A stretch of 46,435 nucleotides of DNA from a virus. Under the pieces are notes generated by a model. It had not been told where the DNA came from and searched no databases. It worked only from the letters and a program-made list of their open reading frames with translations. Made by a program: the position numbers and the translations under genes. Positions 1-6,503 of the stretch are shown here, in pieces (within the stretch, counting starts at the first letter, position 1; every line of letters begins with the position of its first letter). The stretch is from positions 1 to 46,435 of the IMG/VR virus record IMGVR_UViG_3300045988_129965; one strand, written 5' to 3'.

Positions 1-55
1 GCCTGGATTCAACGTGAAACTTGCGCAGAGAGCACCGGACGAAAGCGGCATCGAA
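1..55. repeat. 55-bp terminal overlap, identical to 46381..46435 (circular closure of the contig)
   Basis: Direct base-by-base comparison of the first and last 55 nt gives an exact match, and an ORF reads through the junction. Confidence 0.95.
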
Positions 56-184
56 CTTACATTGATCGGAATGCTCAAAAACACATTGCAGGCAAGCGTA
101 GTCGCTGATGACGGTATTGCCCGCGCGAAGGAGTATTTTCAGATCCATTTCTGCCCCATGTGCGGAAGAAAGGTCGGGCTATGA
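2..184 (+). CDS. 3' part of a junction-spanning small Zn-ribbon protein (about 75 aa; starts at ATG 46337)
   Basis: The frame from ATG 46337 continues across the overlap to TGA 182-184. It carries CPYC...CPMC cysteine pairs. Confidence 0.6.
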   Translation, partial: PGFNVKLAQRAPDESGIELTLIGMLKNTLQASVVADDGIARAKEYFQIHFCPMCGRKVGL

Positions 185-503
185 ATCAGTGGAACATGGC
201 TATACGCCTGATGAACTGCTTCCCCGGTAGCTTCATCAACCATAATGGAGAATTCATTGCGCACTTGAAGTCCAATACCTATTTATCTGATCTGCTATGC
301 CGACGGCGATGTGGACGAGTACGACACGCCGCGGGAGCTGAAGGCAGCGGTAAATCTCGCCCGAATGCGAGGCCGCCGCCGGGCTGTGCGTCGCCTGCGG
401 CAAGGAGCCCGCGCGTGAGGGCCGCCGGATGTGCGAGAAGTGCGCCGCCGTTTACAACGCCAAGGCGCGGGCGCGCAGCCATAGAGAGGGGGCGCCCGAA
501 TGA
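181..503 (+). pseudogene. Small early gene with a C-terminal CxxC..CxxC ribbon, apparently split over three successive reading frames
   Basis: ATG 181 overlaps the upstream stop (ATGA). Protein-like sequence runs in frame 1 (181 to about 300), frame 2 (269-418) and frame 3 (354-503). The frame-3 stop overlaps the next ATG (ATGA at 500-503). Confidence 0.4.
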
Positions 504-739
504 TCGGCTTTCTGCTGGGTATGCTCGCCTCCGCGGGGCTGTGCCTGTGCTGGATCGGCCTGTGCGAGCGGGCAAACCGCCGCGCCGTGAAGCGCGTGCT
601 GGACCGCGATGAGGAGATTGTATCCGGCAGCGCCACCGTGGTGTGGAACCGCCGCACCGAGGAGTGGGGCTGGATTGACAACGACGACCGGCCGCTGATG
701 TGGGGCCGGGCAGAGGAGGATGACGATGAAAACGCCTGA
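500..739 (+). CDS. Small membrane protein with an N-terminal TM helix and an acidic C-terminus
   Basis: 79-aa ORF with the hydrophobic N-terminus MIGFLLGMLASAGLCLCWIGL. Its start is coupled to the upstream stop. Confidence 0.6.
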   Translation: MIGFLLGMLASAGLCLCWIGLCERANRRAVKRVLDRDEEIVSGSATVVWNRRTEEWGWIDNDDRPLMWGRAEEDDDENA

Positions 740-1307
740 GGAGATCAAGAGAGCACTGCACCAATGCGCTATCAAGTTCTGCGACCTATGCCCGTACTCC
801 GGCCGGCCGTGCGACGATAAAAACAACGACGCACTGGCCTACATCGAGCAGCTTGAGGCCGGGCTTGACGGGAAGCCCAAGGCCGCCGCGCCGAAAATGT
901 TCTTTGACAGCCTGGATGAGATGGCGGCAGTGCAGAAGGAATGGCAGCGCCGCCTGGGCCTGTCCGACTGGTGGATCGCCAGCACGATCTGCGGCCGGGA
1001 GGACATGGAGCTGCAGGACGTCGCGGGCGAGAGCGAGGTGCAGTGGGCCAATAAGTGCGGCACGATCAGCCTGCTGCGCCGGGAGGATATGCCGGACGAT
1101 CTGCTGGTCAAGGAGCCGCAGGAGCTGACGCTGATCCATGAGCTGCTGCACTTTAAGTTTTTCACCTGCGACGCGGACAGCCGCGAGGGCGCCTACTACG
1201 AGACCATGCAGCACCAGCTGCTTGAGGAGATCGCCAAGGCGCTGTACATGGCCAAGTACGGCCTGTCCTGGGATTGGTTCATCCCGGAGGAGGCGCAGCA
1301 TGACTAA
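726..1307 (+). CDS. Hypothetical protein with a Cys-motif N-domain and an HExxH (SprT/metalloprotease-like) motif
   Basis: GGAGG lies 6 nt upstream of ATG 726. The protein contains the LIHELLH motif, and its N-terminus KTPEEIK..C..CPY is paralogous to the ORF at 2314. Confidence 0.6.
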   Translation: MKTPEEIKRALHQCAIKFCDLCPYSGRPCDDKNNDALAYIEQLEAGLDGKPKAAAPKMFFDSLDEMAAVQKEWQRRLGLSDWWIASTICGREDMELQDVAGESEVQWANKCGTISLLRREDMPDDLLVKEPQELTLIHELLHFKFFTCDADSREGAYYETMQHQLLEEIAKALYMAKYGLSWDWFIPEEAQHD

Positions 1308-1485
1308 AGGAAAATCCACCGCCCGCCTGGGCTGGATGCGCCTGCGCACGCTGGGCCTGTACAATCGCTCCTGGCGGAAAAACAAGTGCGCCCTGTGCGA
1401 TAACCTGGTGGACCGCAAAAGCCTGCTCTGCCCCGCCTGCAAGGCCGATCTGCGGGGCGCTGAGGGCGTCAATGTGAGAGCTTAA
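1300..1485 (+). CDS. Small Zn-ribbon protein (61 aa)
   Basis: ATG 1300 overlaps the upstream gene end and follows a GGAGGAGG RBS. The protein carries CALC...CPAC. Confidence 0.55.
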   Translation: MTKGKSTARLGWMRLRTLGLYNRSWRKNKCALCDNLVDRKSLLCPACKADLRGAEGVNVRA

Positions 1486-1497
1486 GGAGGTGCGAGC

Positions 1498-1752
1498 GTG
1501 GCTGAATATCATGTAGGCTGCGGGGCGTTTGGTATCTACGCCGGAACGCTTAACAAGCATAAAACGATGTGGCAAAACAAATCGGATGTGACCGAGGAGG
1601 CACGGCAGGCCGTCATCCAGTACGAGAAGGATCGGCTGAAAATCAGCAAGCGCGTGCAAGAGACGGTTAAGTACACCTTCAAGAACGGGGACGTGCTAAC
1701 GGTTACGTACAAGCTGAAAAAGGCGAAAATGGACGCTGGACAGGAGGAATGA
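1498..1752 (+). CDS. Hypothetical protein (84 aa)
   Basis: A GTG start follows an AAGGAGG RBS, and the composition is coding-like. Confidence 0.55.
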   Translation: MAEYHVGCGAFGIYAGTLNKHKTMWQNKSDVTEEARQAVIQYEKDRLKISKRVQETVKYTFKNGDVLTVTYKLKKAKMDAGQEE

Positions 1753-1754
1753 CC

Positions 1755-2327
1755 ATGGCACTACTGAGAAAAGGCGATGTCATTAACGCGATCAACGACG
1801 AGGTTTTGACCGTGACGCGCGATAAACCGTGGTCAGCTGCAACCAAGGAACTTACGCGGCTGGCGCTTTACGAATTGAAACAAAACGTAGAGGAGCTGCC
1901 CGAGGTAGCGGAACGCGGCTGGATCAGCGCGGAGGATGAACTGCCGGACGTAGGCGAAAAGGTACTGTGCCCCTATTGCGGAGCGGAACTCAAGCTCGAA
2001 CACTACGATGCCAGCTATGTATTTGGCGCAGCGTTTTACATGTGCCCCGGATGCGGCAGTACAAGCCCGACAGCCGGGACGAATGCGGAGGCCCTCGCCG
2101 CCGCCCGGGCGCGCTACACCCAGCCCGAAAAATGGATTGGGGCTCGGGACAGGCAGCCGGTGGATCAGGAGGAAGTGCTTGTCCTGACGCGGAGCAAAAA
2201 GGGCGTCCGAAATATCGACAAGGGCTACTGGTCAATCGATCACTTTATCCATCGCGGCTGCGCTGAGGTTACCCACTGGATGCCCTTGCCCGAACTGCCG
2301 AAGGAGGCCGACCATGAAAACACCTGA
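1755..2327 (+). CDS. DUF551-like phage protein with an internal Zn ribbon
   Basis: The C-terminal THWMPLPELP motif is typical of DUF551. The protein also has CPYC...CPGC. AGGAGG lies 7 nt upstream of ATG 1755; ATG 1749 is an alternative start. Confidence 0.65.
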   Translation: MALLRKGDVINAINDEVLTVTRDKPWSAATKELTRLALYELKQNVEELPEVAERGWISAEDELPDVGEKVLCPYCGAELKLEHYDASYVFGAAFYMCPGCGSTSPTAGTNAEALAAARARYTQPEKWIGARDRQPVDQEEVLVLTRSKKGVRNIDKGYWSIDHFIHRGCAEVTHWMPLPELPKEADHENT

Positions 2328-2697
2328 TGAGATCAAGGAAGCCCTGAAAATATGTAATGGCAAAGAAGCCTGCGAGGACTGTCCCTACGGGGACGTCAGA
2401 GAGTGCGGGATGGCGTATAGAGCGGATGCGCTGGATTACATTTTGCGGCTCGAAGCCTCGAAACCGCTTGCCTTGACCGTTCGCACGATCCTGCTGGCTT
2501 ATCAAGGCCATGTTACCCTACGCCTGTGGGGCGCCGAGGAGATCACCGGGGAGGCGCATATCCTGCTTGAAAATCTGTCCGAGGAAACGCTGGACGCCAA
2601 GTTCGACGGCATGTGCATCAGGACCGCGCCGATCAGCCGCATTGAGACGCTGTGCCTGTATACCAATAAGGAGGCCGGCCATGATCAGACTGTTTAA
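2314..2697 (+). CDS. Hypothetical protein sharing its N-terminal Cys-motif domain with the 726 ORF
   Basis: AAGGAGG RBS. The N-terminus reads MKTPDEIKEALKICNGKEACEDCPYGD...ALDYILRLEA. Confidence 0.6.
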   Translation: MKTPDEIKEALKICNGKEACEDCPYGDVRECGMAYRADALDYILRLEASKPLALTVRTILLAYQGHVTLRLWGAEEITGEAHILLENLSEETLDAKFDGMCIRTAPISRIETLCLYTNKEAGHDQTV

Positions 2698-2908
2698 CCG
2701 CTTCAAGCGCCCCTGCGTGGTCCGCAGGCGCGGGAACATCAAAGTGCGCGGCTCCCTGGCCGATCTGCTGGTGATGACCGCCGCCTGCCTGATGACGATG
2801 GAAAAACGCGGCGTCAACGTGCAGGCCGTCAAGGCCGCCCTGGCCGGGCTGGACATGCCCCCGGAGTACTACGTCGCCAAGGCGGCGGAGGAGGCGAGGC
2901 GCCCGTGA
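2681..2908 (+). CDS. Hypothetical protein (75 aa)
   Basis: ATG 2681 follows AAGGAGG and is in frame with the track ORF 2510..2908. Confidence 0.5.
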   Translation: MIRLFNRFKRPCVVRRRGNIKVRGSLADLLVMTAACLMTMEKRGVNVQAVKAALAGLDMPPEYYVAKAAEEARRP

Positions 2909-3063
2909 TCGAGGGCATCATCTGCGGCGCGGTCGCGGGCTTCTGCCTGGGCTGGCTGCTTGGGCGGACAGGCCGCAGACAACGTATTGAAAACAACGCG
3001 CGCGGCTTCTGGGTGTGGTACGCCCGGGAGCCGCACTCCCCCGAGGAGGTGAAACCTAAATGA
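2905..3063 (+). CDS. Small membrane protein (52 aa)
   Basis: The GTG start overlaps the upstream stop (GTGA) and the stop overlaps the next ATG (ATGA). There is a hydrophobic segment IICGAVAGFCLGWLL. Confidence 0.4.
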   Translation: MIEGIICGAVAGFCLGWLLGRTGRRQRIENNARGFWVWYAREPHSPEEVKPK

Positions 3064-3485
3064 GAGCCAACGAATATCTGGGCCAGCTTGGGCGCATGGA
3101 CGCCAAGATCAATAACCTGCTGCAGGAGAAGCAGCGTCTGCTGGAAGTGGCCACGCGCCTGACGCCGAGCCTGACCGGTATGCCCCACGCGCCCGGCGTG
3201 TCCGACCGTGTGGGCAGCGCGGCCGTCAAGCTGGCGGCGGCCGATGAGGAGATCGACCGTACGATCGACCGCCTGATCGACACGCGCGCCGAGGTGGTAA
3301 AGCTGCTGGAGAAGCTGCCCACCGACGAGTACAACGTGCTGCACCAGTACTACGTGCAGGGTCGCACGGTGGAAACGATCGCCGCGGGATGGTTGCCTCA
3401 GGAGCGCACGGAGCGCCAGGTTTTTCGCATCAAGGCCCGCGCGATGCGCCATGTACAGGCCATTTTAGACGCCCGCGAGGCCTGA
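3060..3485 (+). CDS. Sigma-70 region-4-like late transcription regulator (ArpU/RinA/DUF1492-like)
   Basis: 141 aa. It is the last gene before the late promoter and terminase genes. The C-terminal segment VLHQYYVQGRTVETIA...RIKARAM resembles a sigma region 4 HTH. Confidence 0.6.
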   Translation: MRANEYLGQLGRMDAKINNLLQEKQRLLEVATRLTPSLTGMPHAPGVSDRVGSAAVKLAAADEEIDRTIDRLIDTRAEVVKLLEKLPTDEYNVLHQYYVQGRTVETIAAGWLPQERTERQVFRIKARAMRHVQAILDAREA

Positions 3486-3780
3486 TTCTGTAGTAGTTTG
3501 TAGATTTTGTAGTCATTTTGTAGTCAAAAAAACCCTTGATTTTCAAGGGTTTTTCCCGTTTGACTACAAAATCTACAAAAATTTACCTAACTTATTGAAT
3601 AGGGAAAAAGAAAACGCACGAGCGCATGCGCGTACACCCGCGCGAGAGTATATAGGAATTTTTTGTAGATTTTGTAGATTTTGTAGTCAGAATCCGAAAA
3701 CCCCTTGATATTCCTCAGTTTTTTGTGACTACAAAATCGGCGGGGCTTTGTAGTCATTCTGTTACAGGGCTGTAGTCACG
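3486..3780. repeat. Repeat array A: 12 TGTAG/CTACA motifs, 9-bp tandem TGTAGATTT units, and two TTTTGTAGTCA..TGACTACAAAA palindromes
   Basis: TGTAG occurs at 3489, 3499, 3508, 3519, 3664, 3673, 3682, 3749 and 3771. CTACA occurs at 3564, 3573 and 3729. The core 3561-3689 is homologous to 32515-32649. Confidence 0.9.
3526..3554. terminator. Bidirectional rho-independent terminator after the ArpU-like gene
   Basis: A7 run, stem CCCTTG/CAAGGG with a 5-nt loop, then a T5 run. Confidence 0.8.
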
Positions 3781-3840
3781 GGGCGCCTGGCGGCCGAGGA
3801 CGGGAAGGCAGCGAGGCGCTATGGCCGTAGGGCGGCGCGC

Positions 3841-3903
3841 GAAAAAAAATTTTTCAAATGTCAGTCGATGTCATAGAATGTCACCCTGGACCTGTGATAT
3901 AGT
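3841..3903 (+). promoter_or_regulatory. Candidate late promoter: A/T tract, three ATGTCA boxes at 10-bp phasing, extended -10 TGaTATAGT
   Basis: ATGTCA lies at 3858-3863, 3868-3873 and 3878-3883. TG lies at 3895-3896 and TATAGT at 3898-3903. There is no canonical -35. Confidence 0.55.
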
Positions 3904-3930
3904 ATAGGCAGTAAGAAGTGGGTGACAACC

Positions 3931-3976
3931 GCACCCGCTGGAAAGCGCCAGGCCTCAGCAGCCAGGTGCTTTTTTT
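3931..3976 (+). terminator. Leader terminator-like hairpin plus T7 run between the late promoter and the first late gene
   Basis: GCACC..TGG (3931-3941) pairs with CCAGGTGC (3962-3969), followed by seven T at 3970-3976. Confidence 0.45.
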
Positions 3977-3993
3977 ATTGCGAAAGCGAGGTG
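3971..3993 (+). repeat. 23-bp direct repeat copy 1 (TTTTTTATTGCGAAAGCGAGGTG); copy 2 is at 4718..4740
   Basis: 21 of 23 positions are identical to 4718-4740. Both copies follow a hairpin and contain a GAGGTG RBS. Confidence 0.85.
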
Positions 3994-4039
3994 GCAGCTT
4001 TGCCCAGTCAAACTATACCGTGGAGACTGCCTTGAGCTG

Positions 4040-4741
4040 ATGCAGGACCTGGCGCCGGGCTCCGTTGACATGGTGCTCTGCGATCTGCCATACGGCACGA
4101 CGGCATGCAAGTGGGACACGATCATCCCGTTTGAGCCGCTATGGGCGCAGTATCGCCGGGTGGTCAAGGAGAACGGCGCGATTGTGCTGTTTTCGGCCCA
4201 ACCGTTCACCACGGCGCTGATACACAGCAACCTAAAGCAGTACCGCTATAATTGGTACTGGCGCAAAAACAACGCCACGGGCGGGATCTTTTGCAAGTAC
4301 CAGCCCATGCGCTGTATCGAGGATATCTGCGTATTCTACCGCAGGATGCCTACCTATAACCCCCAAGGGCTCACGGCGCTGGAAAGGCCCATCGTGAACA
4401 AGCCTGTGCGCTCCCAGACGACACGGGAGAAGAAAACCCCGTCCGTGCAGCGCTTCACCGGCTACCCCAAGCACCTGCTGGAGTTCCCGGGCGTAAACGT
4501 GAGCAGTCAGAAGCGCGTGCATCCGACCCAGAAGCCGGTTGATCTGCTGGCGTATCTGATAAAGACCTACACCGGCCCCGGCGACGTGGTGCTGGACAAC
4601 TGTATGGGCAGCGGCTCCACGGGCGTGGCCTGTGTGAATACCGGCCGCCGGTTCATCGGCATGGAGATGGACGGCGAATATTTTAACATTGCAAGGCAGC
4701 GTATCGATGACGCTGCCTTTTCTATTGAGAAAGCGAGGTGA
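4040..4741 (+). CDS. DNA methyltransferase (N6-adenine/N4-cytosine, beta class, orphan)
   Basis: Motifs DLPYG (DPPY-like), HPTQKP and NCMGSGSTG. In-frame homology (KLYRGDCLEL) extends upstream of ATG 4040 without a start codon. Confidence 0.9.
   Translation: MQDLAPGSVDMVLCDLPYGTTACKWDTIIPFEPLWAQYRRVVKENGAIVLFSAQPFTTALIHSNLKQYRYNWYWRKNNATGGIFCKYQPMRCIEDICVFYRRMPTYNPQGLTALERPIVNKPVRSQTTREKKTPSVQRFTGYPKHLLEFPGVNVSSQKRVHPTQKPVDLLAYLIKTYTGPGDVVLDNCMGSGSTGVACVNTGRRFIGMEMDGEYFNIARQRIDDAAFSIEKAR
4693..4726 (+). terminator. Hairpin plus U-rich tract inside the 3' end of the methyltransferase gene, just before the terS RBS
   Basis: A 9-bp stem AAGGCAGCG/CGCTGCCTT with a 9-nt loop is followed by TTCTATT. 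Confidence 0.45.
4718..4740 (+). repeat. 23-bp direct repeat copy 2 (TTTTCTATTGAGAAAGCGAGGTG)
   Basis: See copy 1 at 3971..3993. Confidence 0.85.
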
Positions 4742-4749
4742 ACGTTGCT

Positions 4750-5199
4750 ATGAAGCTACTCAATACCCGGCAGGAGGCGTTTTGCATGCACTATGCACGC
4801 AGCGGCAACGCCACCGAAGCCTATAAAGCGGCAGGTTACGCCTGCAAAAACGATGATCTGGCCGGCTCCTCCGCGTCCCGGCTGATGACGCGGCCCGAGA
4901 TCAAGGCCCGCCTGGCCGAGCTGGCCGAGGAGCTGAGAAGCGAGCGCATCGCCAGCGTGCGGGAGGTGCAGGAGCGCCTGACGTCCATCCTTCGCGGCGA
5001 ATTGCGCGAGGAGCAGGTGGTGCTTGAGGGCTGCGGCGAGGGCATGAGCGAGGCCCGCGTGGTCGAGCGCGCCCCGCAGCTGAAGGACGTAACCAAGGCG
5101 GCTGAGCTGCTGGCCAAGATGCAGGGCGGCTTTGACAATACGGCCACGCTCAACGTCGTGGTGCCTGTGTTTGGCGGCGAGGATGAGCTCAGCGATTAA
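4750..5199 (+). CDS. terS: Terminase small subunit (P27 family-like)
   Basis: The N-terminus LNTRQEAFCMHYARSGNATEAYKAAGY is typical of this family, the gene lies just upstream of terL, and a GAGGTG RBS is present. Confidence 0.85.
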   Translation: MKLLNTRQEAFCMHYARSGNATEAYKAAGYACKNDDLAGSSASRLMTRPEIKARLAELAEELRSERIASVREVQERLTSILRGELREEQVVLEGCGEGMSEARVVERAPQLKDVTKAAELLAKMQGGFDNTATLNVVVPVFGGEDELSD

Positions 5200-6499
5200 G
5201 CGCCAGCGCTACCACCTGCCCGATCTTGTGGGCAAGGGGTACGGCACGTTCTGGCGCTTCCGCGGGCGGTACAGGGTGGTCAAGGGCAGCCGCCGCTCCA
5301 AGAAATCCAAGACCGCCGCCCTTTGGTATATCTACAACATGATGGCCATGCCCGGCGCCAACCTGCTGGTGGTGCGCAAGACCTACCGAACCCTCAAGGA
5401 CAGCTGCTACACCGAGCTCAAGTGGGCCATCGGCCGCCTGGGCGTGGAGCGCTGGTGGAGCTGCAAGGAAAGCCCGCTGGAGATGACCTATTTGCCAACG
5501 GGCCAGAAGATCTATTTCCGCGGCCTGGACGATCCCCTCAAGGTGACGTCCATCACCGTGGAAAAGGGCGCCCTGTGCTGGATGTGGGTGGAGGAGGCCT
5601 ATGAGATCACCAGCGAGGAGGACTTTGACACCCTGGCCGAATCGCTGATGGGCGATCTGCCCGAGGGCCTTTTCCGCCAGATCACGCTGACCTTTAACCC
5701 CTGGAACGAGCGGACCTGGATTCGCCACCGTTTTTTCTGCGATGTGGCGGGCAAGGACAGCGAGGGCCGCCCGATCTATAAGGAGCGCGAGGCCCCGATC
5801 AGCGCGGACGGCGAAATTCTGGCGATCACGACCACCTATAAGTGCAACGAGTGGCTTTCCCCCGCTGATATCCAAGAGTTTGAGCGGATGCGGGAGCGCA
5901 ACCCGCGGCGCTACCAGGTGGCGGGCCTGGGGCTTTGGGGCGTAACCGAAGGCCTGGTATACGAAAACTGGCACGAGGCGGCCTTTGAGCTGAGCCAGGT
6001 GCGGCACTGCAAGACGGTTGCTGGGCTGGACTTTGGCTATACCAACGACCCCAGCGCCTTTTTCATCGGCTTCCTGGACGCTGCGGCCAAGCGGCTGTAT
6101 GTATGGGACGAGCTGTACGAGAAGGGCCTGAGCAATCGCCGCATCTATGAGCGGATCGTCTCCATGGGCTACGGCAAGGAACGCATCACCGGCGACAGCG
6201 CCGAGCCCAAGAGCATTGACGAGCTGCGCAGCATGGGGCTGCGTATCACCGGCGCCAAGAAGGGCCGGGACAGCGTGGCCAACGGCATCCAGTGGATTCA
6301 GGACCTGGAGATCATCGTGCACCCGCGCTGTGTGAATTTTTTGACCGAAATCGGCTGCTACGCCTGGGCCACGGACCGCTTTGGCAAGCGGCTGAACGAG
6401 CCCGCCGATGATTTTAACCATCTGATGGACGCCATGCGTTACGCCCTGGAGGAGCAGATCACGGGCGGCGGCAGCATCCGGGCGGTAAGGAGGATATAA
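5183..6499 (+). CDS. terL: Terminase large subunit (PBSX-type)
   Basis: 438 aa with the Walker-A-like segment VKGSRRSKKSKT and nuclease-half motifs. ATG 5183 overlaps the terS end. Confidence 0.9.
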   Translation: MSSAIKRQRYHLPDLVGKGYGTFWRFRGRYRVVKGSRRSKKSKTAALWYIYNMMAMPGANLLVVRKTYRTLKDSCYTELKWAIGRLGVERWWSCKESPLEMTYLPTGQKIYFRGLDDPLKVTSITVEKGALCWMWVEEAYEITSEEDFDTLAESLMGDLPEGLFRQITLTFNPWNERTWIRHRFFCDVAGKDSEGRPIYKEREAPISADGEILAITTTYKCNEWLSPADIQEFERMRERNPRRYQVAGLGLWGVTEGLVYENWHEAAFELSQVRHCKTVAGLDFGYTNDPSAFFIGFLDAAAKRLYVWDELYEKGLSNRRIYERIVSMGYGKERITGDSAEPKSIDELRSMGLRITGAKKGRDSVANGIQWIQDLEIIVHPRCVNFLTEIGCYAWATDRFGKRLNEPADDFNHLMDAMRYALEEQITGGGSIRAVRRI

Positions 6500-6503
6500 G
6501 ACA

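Noticed and set aside
1-55. The 55-bp repeat interpreted as a physical direct terminal repeat of the virion DNA.
   Set aside because: It is very short, equals a common assembler k-mer length, and interrupts an ORF. A circular-closure artefact is more likely, although read-terminus analysis is needed to be certain.
160-612. 150-aa ORF from the track taken as one protein.
   Set aside because: Only the first 40 or so residues look protein-like, and the rest is Arg/Pro/Ala-rich. Better coding signal continues in the other two frames, and ATG 500 starts a convincing membrane protein.
3486-3780. TGTAG repeat arrays considered as a CRISPR array.
   Set aside because: The repeat units are only 9-11 bp with no spacers of 25-40 bp. 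The motifs occur in both orientations, and no cas genes are present.
3781-3840. GC-rich 60-bp island and a possible 30-aa ORF (ATG 3821) between repeat array A and the late promoter.
   Set aside because: There is no RBS, the ORF would run through the promoter boxes, and I could not define a convincing structure. It is left unannotated.
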